This document shows, piece after piece, positions 12,994-25,566 of a stretch of DNA of 64,000 bases. The notes under the pieces were generated by a model that saw nothing but the letters and a program-made list of their open reading frames with translations, did no database searches and had not been told where the DNA came from. The position numbers were made by a program, and so were the translations under genes. This DNA is from Chiloscyllium plagiosum (Eukaryota): positions 12,195,508 to 12,259,507 of the forward strand of contig NC_057751.1 of the NCBI RefSeq assembly GCF_004010195.1, given 5' to 3'. Positions within the stretch are counted from its first letter, which is position 1; each line of letters starts with the position of its first letter.

Positions 12994-15602
12994 CATTATA
13001 GGGGTTGAGTAGATTGTTCTTCAACCTGCTCTCAAACGGAACCGTATTGGACTGCAATGAAATGTTGAAATTAAGGGATCGCAATTTCTGTAGCTTATTG
13101 TTCGGCCTCATTGATTCACACAGGTCTCACAGAATTGCATGGGCAATTGATTCACAGAGGCCTAATCACTCAACCACAACCAGTCTCCATTCCTGGAACC
13201 TGCTCAAGTGGGCTGGTGCCCACTGGGTCCCAGTAGGACCTGATCACACTACGGGCTCACGGGACTGTTTGGTCCTGCCAACCTTGTGGGCCTGCTCATC
13301 TATTGTGATGGGGCACAGTCAATCTTGGAGGTGCCTGCGTTACCTTAGTGTGACCCCACATAACACTGTTAGGCCAAATACTTATTTTGTGGAGTCTGTG
13401 AGATTCCAGCAGGATCAGTGGGACCCTGTGCTGTAGAAAGTTGGTAAGGATAGATCAGTGAGCCTGACGTCACTGGTCACTAAGTTATAGAATTCTACAG
13501 CATGCAGACAAATCCTTTGGCCCAAACTGGTCCATGCCAACCAAAATGTCCATCAACGCTAACCCCATTTTCTGGCACTTGGCCCACATCCTTCTAAATC
13601 TTTCCTGTCCATGTATTTGTCCAAATGCCTTTTAAATGTTGTTAATGTACCTATCTCAATAACTTCCGCTGGCAGCTCATTCCAAATGCATACCAAGTTC
13701 TAAGTAAAAAAGCTGCCCCTCAGGTTCTCGTATATTCTTTCTTCTCTAACTTTAAACTGCTGCCTTCTGGTCCTTGTTTCTCCAACCCTGGGAAAAAGAC
13801 TGAGTGCATCCACCCTGTTCATGGCTCTCATGATCTTATACAGTTCTATAAGATCCCCCCCTTAGTCTCCTATACTGTAAAGAAAAAAATCCCAGCTTGT
13901 CTAATTTCTCCCTATAACTCAGACCCTTGAGTCCTGACAAAATCCTTATGAATTTCTTCTGCACTCTTTTCAGTTTAATAACATCCTTCTTGTAGCAAGG
14001 TGACCAAAACTGAACACAATACTCCAAGTGCAGCCTCACCAATGTCCTGTACAATTGCAACATAACTTCCCAATGTCTATACTCAATACTCTGACTGATG
14101 AAGGCCAGTGTGCCAAAAGCCTTCTTCACTGCCCTGTTTACTTGTGACTCAACTTTCAGAGGTCTCCCTGTTCCACTACACTCCTTAATGCCCTACCATT
14201 CACCATGAAACTCCGACCTTAATTTGACTTTCCAAAATGCAAGACCTCACACTTATTTATATTAAACTCCATTTGCCATTTCTCGATCCACTTCCCCAGT
14301 TGATTAAGATCCTGTGGTAATTTCTGATAACCTTCCTCGATGTCCATTTTAGTGTCTATTTTAGTGCCTATTTTAGTGTCATCTGCAAATTTACTATGCA
14401 TGCCTTGTACATTCTCATCCAAATCATTGATCAGGATAACAAACAGCAATGGGTACAGCACTGACCCCTGATGCACTACACTGGTTACATGCCTCCAGTC
14501 CAACAAGCATCCTTTCACTATTACCCTCTGTTTCCTTCCATCAAGCCAATTTTGTATCCTATTTGCCAACTCGCCCTGGATTCCATGCAATCTAACCTTC
14601 CAGAGAAGCTGACCACGTGAAACCTTATCAAAGGCCTTATTGAAATCCATATCGACACTGTCTACTGCCCTGTCCCCCTCAACGTTCCTGGTCACTTCAT
14701 CAAAGAACTCTAACAAATTTGTGAGGCATGATCTCCCACACACAAAGCCATGCTGACTATTCCTAATCAAACCCTGTCTTTCCGAATGTATATATATCTA
14801 ATCCCTCAGAATCTTCCCAAGTAACCTACCTACCACAGGTGTTAGGCCTCTTGCAGTGTTCTTGGATATATCTGGTCAGGACCACCTTGATACATTCTAA
14901 TACATCCGACACTTCCTCTACTGTGATATGAACTGTTCCCAAGATATGACCACTAACTTCCCCATGTTCCCTAGTCTTCAAGTCTTTCTCCATGGCAAAC
15001 CCAGAGAAGAAATATTCATTGAGAACCTTGTCCATCTCTTGTGTTTCTACAAGTACATGTCCACTTTAGTCCTTGAGGGGTCCTATTCTCTCTCTAGTTA
15101 TTCTTTTTCCTTTGGCATTCTAAAAGAACCTCTTTGGATTCACCCTAATCTTCTCAGCCAAGGCTATCTTGTGCCTCCTTTTTGCCCTCCTGATTTTCTT
15201 CTTCAGTAAACTCCTGTATTCCCTGCATACATCCAGGGATTCCCTTGATCCCAGCAACCTGAGCCACACCTCCTTCTGTTTTCTAGTCGAAGCCTCAATG
15301 TCTCTTGTTATCCAGGGTTCGCTATTCCTGCCAACCTTGCCCATCACCCTCAAAGGAATATATAGATCTTGAACTCTAGCTATCTCACTTTTAAAGGCCT
15401 CCACTTATCGAAGCTCCCTTTGCCTGCAATTATTCCAGTCAACCCCTGCACGCTCCTGTCTAATTCCATAAAAATCTGCCTTGCTCCAGTTTAGAACATG
15501 AACCTATGAACAAATTTTGTCCCTCTCCATAACTACTTTAAAATTAGTAGAACTGTGGTCTCTGGTCTCAAAGTGCTCCCCCACTGTCAGCTTCGTCACC
15601 TG

Positions 15603-18158
15603 CGAAAGTAAGGACTGCAGATGCTGGAGATTAGAGTCCAGAGTGTGGTGCTGGAAACGCACAGCAGGTCAGTCAGTGTCCGAGGAGCTGGAAAATCAAT
15701 TAATGAGGCTGCGAGCATTGGTGAGGAGAGATAAGAGCCCTATAGGTGGATGAAGGTGAGGGTAATGGTGATAGGTCAGAGGGAAGAGTGGGGCAGATAG
15801 GTGAGATGGACAGGTGGGACAGGTCATGAGGGCGGTGCTGAGCTGGAAGGGTGGAACAGGTATAAGGTGCGGGGAGGGGAAATCAAGAAACTGGTGAAAT
15901 CCACATTGATGCCATGCGATTGGAGAGTCCCGAGGCGGAAGATCTTCCTCCAGGCATTGGGTGGTTAGGGAGTGTGGTTAGGGAGTGGCGATGGAGGAGG
16001 CCAAGGACCTGCATGTCCTTGACGGAGCGGGAGGGGGAGTTGAAGTGCTCGGCCACGGGGCTGTGGGGTTGGTTGGTGCGGGTGTTCTCTGAAGCGCTCT
16101 GCAAGTAGGCGTCCTTCCTCCCCAATGCACAGGAGACTGCATCGGGGGCAATGGATACGGTAAATGACATGTGAGGAAGTGCAAGTGAAACCTTGATGGA
16201 TATGGAAGGCTGTTTTGGGGGCCTTGGATGGAGGTAAGGGGAGAGGTGTGGGGGCAGGTTTTGCAATTCCTGCGGTGGCAGGGGAAGGTGTCGGGAGGGG
16301 AGGGTGGACGGTTGGGGGGCATGGACCCGACAAGGCAGTTGCGGAGCTAACTGTCTTTACGGAATGCGGATGGGGGTGGGGAGGGAAATATAATTCAGGT
16401 GGTGGGGTCTGTTTGTAGGTAGCAAAAATGGCAGAGGATGATGCGATGTATATGCAGGTAGGTGAGGACAGGGCGAAGGGTTCTGGCCTCATCTTCACCA
16501 TGGACAACCAGTGCCCATACACCTCTATCCGCCATGACCAGGGCCTCCAAGCCCACCGGTTCTTCCTCTCCCGACATCTCCACCAGTTCCCTTCCACTGA
16601 CACTCTTATTTGGTTGGCTGAACTGATCCTCACCCTCAATAATTTCTCCTTCGAATCCTCCCACTTCCTCCAGATGAAAGAGGAAGCCAAGGGCACCCAC
16701 ATGGGTCCCAGCTATGCCTGTCTCTTTGTTGGCTACATGGAACAATCCATCTTCCGTAGTTGCACCGGCACCATTCCCCACCTTTTCCTCTGCTACATTG
16801 ATGACTGCATCAGTGCCACCTTGTACTCCCACAAGGAGGTGAACAGTTAATCAACTTCACCAACACATTCCACCCGACCTTAAATTCACTGGACCATCTC
16901 AGACAACTCTCTCCCCTTCCTGGATCTCTCCATCTCCATCAAGTGTGACAGACTCAACATTGACATCTTCTACAAACCCACCGACTCCCACAGCTACCTG
17001 GATTATATCTCCACCCACCCTGCCTCCTGTAAAAATGCTATCTCTTATTCCCAATTCCTCCGCCTCTACCACATCTGCTTCCAGGAGGACCAGTTCCACC
17101 AAAGAACACACCAGATGGCTTCCTTCTTTGAAGACCGCAATTTCCCCTCCCACGCAGTTGATGATGCCCTCCAACGCATCTCATCCACTTCCTGCACCTT
17201 CGCTGTCAAACCCCATTCCTTCAACTGCAATAAGGACAGAACCCCCTGGTCCTCACCTTCCACCCCACCAAGCTTTGCACACATTGCATCATCCTCCGTC
17301 ATTCCCACCACCCACAAACGGACCCCACCACCAGAGATATATTTCCCTCTCCATTGCTATCCCCTTTCCATAATGACCATTCTCTCCNNNNNNNNNNNNN
17401 NNNNNNNNNNNNNNNNNNNNNNNNNNNNNNNNNNNNNTCCCGGCATCTTCTCCTGCCACCACAGGAATTGCTAAACCTGCCCCCACACCTCCCCCTCACC
17501 TCCACCCAAGGCCCAAAAGGAGCCTCCCACATCCATCAAAGTTTCACCTGCACTGCCACACATGTCATTTACTGCATCCTTTTCTCCTGATGTGGTCTTC
17601 TCGACACTGGGGACACAGGACGCCTACTCGCAGAGTGCTTCAGAGAAGATCTCCGGGACACCCACACCAATCAACCCCACAGCCCTGTGGCCGAACACTT
17701 CAACTCCCCCTCCCACTCTGCCAAGGACATGCAGGTCCTGGGCCTCCTCCATTGCCACTCCCTTCCCACCCACGTCTGGAGGAAGAATGCCTTGGCTTCC
17801 GCCTTGTTTCCCTCCAACCCCAGGGCATCAATGTGGATTTCACCAGTTTCTTCATTTTCCCACTCTCACCTTATCCAAGTTCCATCCTTACAGCTCAGTG
17901 CCACCCTCATAACCAGTCCCATCTGTTCATTTTCCTTCCACCCTCCCCTCCGACCTATGCCAATTACCCCCACCTCCATCCACCTATTGCACCCTCAGCT
18001 ACCATCCACACAGCCCCAACACCTCTCATTTTTCTCTCCATCTCCGAAGCTCCCAGGCTCCATTCCTGATGATAGATGTTTGCCCGAAATTTTGATTTTC
18101 CTGCTCTTCGGATGTTGTCTAACCTGCTGTGCTTTTCCAGCACCACACTCTAGAGGTC
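15603..18158. mobile_element. Family-A Penelope-like element with inverted arms and 9-bp TSD
   Basis: Plus arm ~16480-18158 has the RT (MGPSYACLFVGYMEQ...YIDDC) and GIY-YIG region. Minus arm 15603-~16470 has GIY-YIG (HVIYRIHCPRCSLLCIGE...ERFREH). TSD cgtcacctg at 15594-15602 and 18159-18167. Confidence 0.88.
17388..17437. other. Assembly gap (50 N)
   Basis: Run of n characters. Confidence 0.99.
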
Positions 18159-18312
18159 CGTCACCTGTCCTGCCCTATTTCCCAAGACTAGGTTGATTTC
18201 TGCTCCTTCCCATGTAGGACCCTCTATATACTCCTTAAAGACATTTTCCTGAATGCACTTAACAAATTCCATCCCACCTCAGCCCTTATGCTCTGGCAAT
18301 CCCAGTCTTATA

Positions 18313-20399
18313 CAGTCACAGAGTCATAGAGATGTACAGCATGGAAACAGACCCTTCGGTCCAACTTGTCCATGGCAACCAGGTATCTCAACCCAATCTA
18401 GTCTCATCTGCCAGCACCTGGCCCATATCCCTCCAAACCCTTCCTATTCATATACCCATCCAAATGCTTTTTAAATTTTGCAATTGTACCAGCCTCCACC
18501 ATATGCTCTGGCAGCTCATCCCATACATGTACCACCCTCTGCATGAAAAAGTTGCCCCTTAATTCCCTTTTATATCTTTCCCCTCTCACCCTAAATCTAT
18601 GCCCTCCCGTTCTGGACTCCACCACCCCAGGGAAACTACTTTGCTCCCTATCCATGCTCCTCATAATTTTGTAAACCTCTATAAGATCACCCCTCAGCCT
18701 CTGACGCTCCAGGGAAAACAGCCCCAGCCTGTTCAGCCTCTCAGCTCAAATCCTCCAACCCTGGCAACATCCTTGTAAATCTTTTCTGAACCCTTTCAAA
18801 GTTCACAACATCTTTTCGATAGGAAGGAGACCAGAATTGCACGCAATATTCCAACAGGAGCCTAACCAATGTCCTGTACAGCTGCAACATGATGTCCCAA
18901 CTCCTGTACTCAGTACTCTGACCAATAAAAGAAAGCATACCAAACACCTTTTCACTATCCTATCTACCTGCAATTCCACTTTCAAGGAGCTATGAACCTG
19001 CACTCCAAGGTGTCTTTGTGCAGCAACACTCTCTAGCACCTTACCATTAAGTGTCCAAGTTAGGCTAAGGTTTGCTTTCCAAAAATGCAGCACCTCGCAT
19101 TTATCTGAATTAAACTCCACCTGCCACTTCTCCGTCCATTGGCCCATCTGGTCAAGATCCTGTAGTAATCTGAGGTAACCTTCTTCGCTGTCCACTACAC
19201 CTCCAATTTTGGTGTCATCTGCAAACTTACTAACTGTACCTCTTATGCTCACATTCAAATCATTTCTGTAAATGACAAAAAGTAGAGGACCCAGCACCGA
19301 TCCTTGTGGCACTCCACTGGTCACAGGCCTCCAATCTGAAAAACAAGCCTCCACCACCACCCTCTGTCTTCTACCTTTGAGCCAGCTCTGTATCCAAATG
19401 GCTAGTTCTCCCTGTATTCCATGAGATCTAACCTTGCTAACCAGTCTCCCATGGGAGCCTTGTCAAACCCCTTACTGAAGTCCATATAGATCACATCTAC
19501 CACTCTGCCCTCATCAATCCTCTTTGTTACTTCCTCAAAAAACTCAAATCAAGTTTGTGAGACATGATTTCCCATGCACAAAGCCATGTTGACTATCCAT
19601 AATCAGTCCTTGCCTTTCCAAATACATGTATATCATTTCCCTCAGGATTCCCTCCAACAACTTGCCCACCACCGACGTCAGGCTCACTGGTCTATAGTTC
19701 CCTGGCTTGTCCTTACTACCCTTCTTAAAGAGTGGAACCATATCAGCCAACCTCCAGTCTTCTGGCACCTCACATGTGACTATCGATGATACAAATACCT
19801 CAGCAAGAGGCCCAGCAATCACTTCTCTGGCTTCCCACAGAGTTCTGGGGTACACTTGATAAGGTCCTGGGGATTTATTCACCTTTATGCGTTTCAAGAC
19901 ATCCTGCACTTCCTCCTCTGTAATATGGACATTTTGCAAGGTGTCACCATCTATTTCGCTGCAGTCTATATCTTCCATATCCTTTTCCACAGTAAATACT
20001 GATGCAAAATACTCGTTTAGTATCTCCCCCATTTTCTGCGGCTCCACACAAAGGCACCTTATTGATCTTTGAGGGGCCATATTCTCTCCCTAGTTATCCT
20101 TTTGTCCTTAATGAATTTGTAAAAACTCTTTGGATTCTCCTTATCTCTATTTGCCAAAGCTATTTCATGTCCCCTTTTTGCCCTCCTGCTTTCTCTCTTA
20201 AGTATATTCCTACTGCCTTTATACTCTTCGAAGGATACGTTCGATCTATCCTGTCTATATCTTACATATGCTTCCTTCTTTTTCTTAACCAAATCCTCAA
20301 TTTCTTCAGTCATCCAGCATTCCCTATACCTAACGGCGTTTCCTTTCACCCTGACAGGAATGTACTTTCTCTGGATTCTTGTTATCTCATTTCTGAAGG
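18313..20399 (-). mobile_element. CR1 LINE ORF2 (RT to 3' end), relatively well preserved
   Basis: ORFs 19544..20080 (NYRPVSLTSVVGK, SQHGF), 18803..19360 (VPQGSVLGP, KFADDTK), 18741..18947 and 18404..18664; tail (ctatgact)n at ~18315-18330. Confidence 0.92.
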
Positions 20400-20940
20400 A
20401 CGTCTCAGAGAGGGTGCAGAATATTCTCGCGGGGAAGAGGGACCAGCAAGAGGTCATTGTCCATTTTGGAACCAACGACATTGGAAGGGAAAAGGTTGAG
20501 ATTCTGAAGGGAGATTTCAGAGAGTTAGGCAGGAATTTAAGAAGGAGTTCCTTGAGAGTAGTAATATCTGGATTATTCCCGATGCTACGAGCTAGTGAAG
20601 GCAGGAATAGGAGGAGAGAGCAGATGAATGCATGGCTGAGGAGCTGGTGTATGGGAGAAGGATTCACATTTTTGGATCAATGGAATCTCTTCTAGGGTAG
20701 AAGTGACCTGTACAAGGAGGATGGATTGCACCTAAATTGGGAGGGGACTTAATATATTGGCAGGGAAATTTGCTAGAGCTGTTCGGGAGGATTTAAACTA
20801 GTAAGGTGGGGAGGCTGGGACCCAGGGAGATAGTGAGGAAAGAGATCGATCTGAGACTGGTACAGTTGAGAACAGAAGCGATTCAAACTGTCAGGGCAGG
20901 CAGGAACAAGGTAGGATTAATAAATTAAACTGCATTTATT
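20400..20940 (+). mobile_element. CR1 ORF1 esterase C-terminal part plus start of ORF2, inverted relative to the adjoining ORF2
   Basis: VIVHFGTNDIG...VVISGL...NAWL (20360..20695), then DGLHLN, ending at aaattaaactgcatttatt (KLNCIY). Confidence 0.8.
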
Positions 20941-21389
20941 ACCTGGTGTTGTTTGATTTTTAACCTTATACCTCCTATATTCACATATAAGTCATTTATA
21001 TAAATGACAAAATGCAGGGGACCGCACTGATCTTTGTGGCACACTTCTATGATACTTTGATCTTTTACTCTAAATTCTATGTCCTATGACCCTGCCCCAC
21101 TAGCTACCTGTAAACAAGCTTGGACTGCCAAATAAACCTATTGGACTATGTGGGAGAAAGATCTGCTACCCTGGCTACCTACAGCATGACCACATAAGAA
21201 ATACAGAAGCTGGCCTGCGAAACACAGAGATCAAACCTGCAGCACACACAGAACACACCCACAATGCCTCAGTCTTGACCAAACAGGCTAACAAAGAAAC
21301 CAGACATGGCCAAGCTATTCCCAGACCAGAGAATACACTTCCCAAACAACTCTCATAGTAAGCTCCCAGTTAATGGTGTTGCTGAATAA

Positions 21390-22075
21390 AGTGATCCAGG
21401 TGTGTAGGTGCATAGATATTTGAAAGTGGATTCACAGGCTGGTGAAGAAGGCATTTGGCACGTTTATCTTCATTGGTTAGTGTGCTGAGTATAGGAGTCG
21501 GGACATCATGTTGCAGCTGTACAGGACATTCATGAGGCCACTTTCAGAAACAGCACTTAATTCTGGTCTCCCTGCTGTAGGAAAGGTGTTGTTAAACTTG
21601 AAAGAGTTCAGATAAGATTGACAAGGATGATGCCAGGATTGGCAAGTTTAAGAAATAGCTGCATCGGCTGGGGCTTTTTCCCTGGAGTGTTAGAGGCTGA
21701 GGGGTGACCTTTTAGAGGTTTATAAAATCATAAAAGACATGAATATTGGAAATAGACAAGGTCTTTTTCTGAGTGTAAGGGAGTCCACAACTAGAGGGGT
21801 TTAAAGCTAGAGAAAAAAAGATTTAAAATAATCCTGATGGACAACTATGTTTGCACAGGGGATGGTGCATGTATGGACGAGCTGCTGGAGGAGGTGGTGG
21901 AAGCTAGTACAGTTATAAAATTTAAAAGCCATCTGGATGGGTGTATGAATACAAAAGGTTCAGTGATATGTGCCAAATGATGGAAAATGGGACTAGATCA
22001 GTTTTGGATATCTGGTTGGCACGGACGAGTTGGACTGAAGGGTCTGTTTCCATGCTGTGCTACTCTATGATTCCA
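21390..22075 (+). mobile_element. CR1 3' fragment
   Basis: Homologous to the reverse complement of 18313-19000; ends gggtctgtttccatgctgtg...ctctatgattc. Confidence 0.8.
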
Positions 22076-22979
22076 TGTTGCAATATCATGACTATTGCCT
22101 TGTGAATGTGTTGACAATGTAACAGCATGAAATGATTAGAGCTGTTCTTCCCTTGTGAAGAAAAGGTTCAATTTCCATCATGGAGATGCTGCAGCATTAT
22201 GGTCCCAGAAATTCACCATAATTAGGTTACCCTGACTCAAACACACTTGCTGCTCCCTAGATACAATTGACATTCTGTATTGGAAGAAACGGGAAAAGGA
22301 AAGTGCATGTTTCAATGTGAAGTAACTCAACTGCAAGGAGAAGATGACAAAGGGCATTGATTCTTTCCCTGTTAAAGAGTCATCTTTGGGCATGTGATTG
22401 GAGAAGTGTCATTCTTCCCACTGTTCAAAGATTGGAATAAAGTAACATATACAGCCTTTATAACTCAATGATCTCCTCTGATAGTGTCCAAGGAGAGAAA
22501 TAATGGGAAAACTGAAGTAGAAAGTCAGTTTGAATTCACCCTTCATTCTTATTCATCACAAGTGTTGCTTCCACTGATTGTCTGCAAGCTGTAGCTGACG
22601 GGTTCATTAGAAAGTGCCACTTACAAGTGAGAAAGACTGGAACAGGAGGTGGCTATTTAGTACATCAAACCTAGTCTTCCAGTCAATGAGATGATGTGGA
22701 TTCAAGAAGAGAGAAACCCCATGTTTGCACACTGATGGTAGGAGGACAGGTCAACAAAGCACGAATAAATCAAATGAGATTCTGATCTGTGTAAATACAG
22801 ATATAGAGCATAAAAGCCTTCAAATTCAGATGTTTATTAAAAAAGAAACATGAATTTGGCCCCAGATTGGCCCCACGACAATAAACCTGATTCTAATTCT
22901 AAGATGGAGTTCTCCCTCCATTCATTTAAGGAAACATTTGAATGCTTACGTGAAAACTCAAGAGAGTTATACCGTGTAT

Positions 22980-23505
22980 AAGAGAATACTGCGTGCAATT
23001 CTGGTCGCCCTCCATTAAGAAAGATGTTATTAAACTTCACAGAGTGCACAAAAAAATTTACAATGATGTTGCCAATATTGGAGGGTTTGAGCTATAGAAA
23101 AGGTTGAATAGGTTGGGGCTTTTGTCGCTGGAGTGTTGGTAACCTTATAGTGGTTTCTAAAATCATGAGGGAGAAAGATAGGGTGACTAGCTAAGGTCTT
23201 TTCTCCAGGGTAAGGGAATCCAAAACTACAGGACATAGATTTAAAGTGAGAGGATAAAGAATTACAAGGGCCCTGAGGTGCAACCTTTTATGCAGAGGGT
23301 TGTGAGTGTTCAGAATGACTTGTCTGAGGAGATTGTGGAGGCAGGTCCAATGACAACATCTGGATGGTTCCACGAATAGGAAGGGTTTAGAGGGATAAGG
23401 GCTAAATTCTAGCAAATGGGACTAGATTCATTTCGGATAGCTGGTCAGCATGGATGAGTTGGACTGAAGGTTCTGTTTCCATGCTATATGACTCTACGGC
23501 TCTAC
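22980..23505 (+). mobile_element. CR1 3' fragment
   Basis: tactgcgtgcaattctggtcgcc ... ctgtttccatgctatatgactcta. Confidence 0.8.
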
Positions 23506-24014
23506 AATTCTCCGAGAGATTCATAAGATGTTCTGGGGGAATCAATAACAGTTACATGGTGAAACTGGAGAATCTGGATTATTTTATTTCGAGGAGAAAA
23601 CAATTAGGAGATGCATAAAATCATGAAAGGTTTAGATGGAGCAAATAAAGGGAAACTATTTACATTGGTCAATGGTCAGTGACCATTTGGGCACTGATTG
23701 TTGGGCTGAGTCTGACACTTGTTTTTGCTAAATGTCAGTTTAGTCAAGTGTCCTTGCTCACCACCATCTTCTCCACAGCGGTCGGAGATGGGCAATGAAC
23801 ACTGGCCCAGTCAATGATGCCTACACCCTGTGAAAGAATGAAAAAGAAACAAAGGCAAGTAATGATAACGTTTGAGATGGAAATCAAAGGTGTTGACATT
23901 TCTTGCTTGTGATGGGACAAAATTCTCTGTATTGCAAAAATCTCCTTGGAATGTCTGTTACTGCCACCATAAATTATGTAAAGTACCAGAGAAATGGTGT
24001 TTTTGCCACACTTC

Positions 24015-24447
24015 TGGGGGAGAGGTTAAATAGGCTGGAGCTGTTTTCCTTGCAGCATTGGAGGCTGAGGGATGACCTTGTAGAGGTTTATAAAATCATG
24101 AGGGGTATAGATCGGATAAATAGACAAAGTCTCTTCCCTGGGGTGGGGGAGTCCAGAACTAGCGGGCATAGGTTTACGGTGAGAGGGGAAAGATATGAAA
24201 GAGACCTTAGGTGCAACTTTTTCACACAGAAAGTGGTGTGTATATGGAATGAGCTGCCAGAAGAAGTGGTGGAGGCTGGTACAATGGTAACATTTAAAAG
24301 GCATTTCGATCAGTATATGAATAGGTAGGGTTTGGAAGGATATGGGTCAGATGCTGGCAGGTGGGACTAGATTGGATTGGGGTACTGGTCAACATGGACA
24401 AGTTGCACCGAAGGGTCTGTTTCCATGCTGTACATCTCTATGACTCA
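24015..24447 (+). mobile_element. CR1 3' fragment
   Basis: ERLNRLELFSL...RLRDDLVEVYKIM...WNELP (23903..24328) with CR1 tail. Confidence 0.85.
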
Positions 24448-24577
24448 AAGTTACAGTCAGAGATCTGTGGCATTTCAGGGCCTTAATAAATGGGATAATC
24501 AACATCTGGTGAGAAGTGGCCACTCAATGAATTGTGGACGTGTTTAGAATCGAGTTGTTAAAAGTGACTTTTGATTC

Positions 24578-24869
24578 ATTCTTTCATGACAAGACCTGCA
24601 TTTATTGCCCATTGTCAATTGTTCAGAGGGCAGTTAAGCCGACCACATTGCCTTGGTTATGGTGTCACATCCTCGCAAGACTAGGTAAGGATGGCAGATT
24701 TGAAACTTTATTGCTGGAACAGCACAGCAGGTCAGGCAGCATCCAATTCTTTCATGACAAGACCTGCATTTATTGCCCATTGTCAATTGTTCAGAGGGCA
24801 GTTAAGCCTACCACATTGCCTTGGTTATGGTGTTACATCCTCGCAAGACTAGGTAAGGATGGCAGATTT
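24578..24869. repeat. 124-bp direct duplication flanking a 44-bp PLE terminal fragment
   Basis: 24578-24701 matches 24746-24869 with 2 mismatches. The spacer contains gctggaacagcacagcaggtcaggcagcatcc. Confidence 0.9.
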
Positions 24870-25031
24870 CCTTCCTTCAAGGACATCAGTGAATCGAATG
24901 CTAGTTTATAACAATCGACAGTGCTTACATGGTTACCATCAGGTTTGCATTTCATTCCAGACCTTTAGTTTGTCTAAATTGCAATGTTGGGATTCAAGTC
25001 TGTGCTCAGAACACTGGACTGGAGTTATAAT

Positions 25032-25566
25032 GTCACATAGTCATACAGCAGGGAAACAGACCCTTCTGCCCAACCAGTTCAGGCCGATCATGTTCCCAAA
25101 CTAAACTAGTCCCACTTGCCTGTGCTTGGCCCATGTCCCTCCAAAGCTTTCTTATTCATGAACTTATCCAAATGTCTTTTAAATGTTGTAACTGTATCTC
25201 CATCCACCACTTTCTCTGGCAGTCCATTTCAAACACGTACCATTTTCTGTGTAAAAATGTTGCTTCTCATGTCAGTTTTAAATATTCCACCTTAAAAATA
25301 TGCCTCCTAGTTTTGAACTCCGGCACTCCATGGAAAAGACTCTTGTCATTTACTTTAGCTATGGCCCTCGTGATTTTATAAGCCCCAATAAAATCACCAT
25401 TCAACCTAAGCTCCAGTGAAAAAAGTCCCAGTCTTTCCAGTCTATTTCTTTATCTCAAATCCTCCATTGCCAGCAACATCCCGGTAAATCTTTTCTGAAT
25501 CCTCTCCGCTTTGATACCTCCTGTAATAGGGCAACAAGAACTGGAGACAGTGCGACAGAATAGGCC
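25032..25566 (-). mobile_element. CR1 3' part (continuation of 29270-31443)
   Basis: CR1 3' end at ~25035; stops at ...gaataggcc. Confidence 0.8.

Larger units (their letters stand above)
13485..18310 (-). mobile_element. CR1 LINE ORF2 (13485-15602 and 18168-18310) interrupted by a PLE
   Basis: SQHGFVCGRSCLTNL, DFNKAFDKV, QGSVL and KFADDTK (14219..14770); LEYCVQFWSP (13836..14129). The sequence resumes after the 9-bp duplication at 18159-18167. Confidence 0.85.

Noticed and set aside
14346..14380. 12-bp x3 in-frame repeat after the CR1 FADD motif
   Set aside because: Ordinary slippage in a dead element.
15883..18196. Long overlapping Pro/Gly-rich ORFs in many frames
   Set aside because: Alternative-frame and antisense read-through of C-rich PLE sequence; not host genes.
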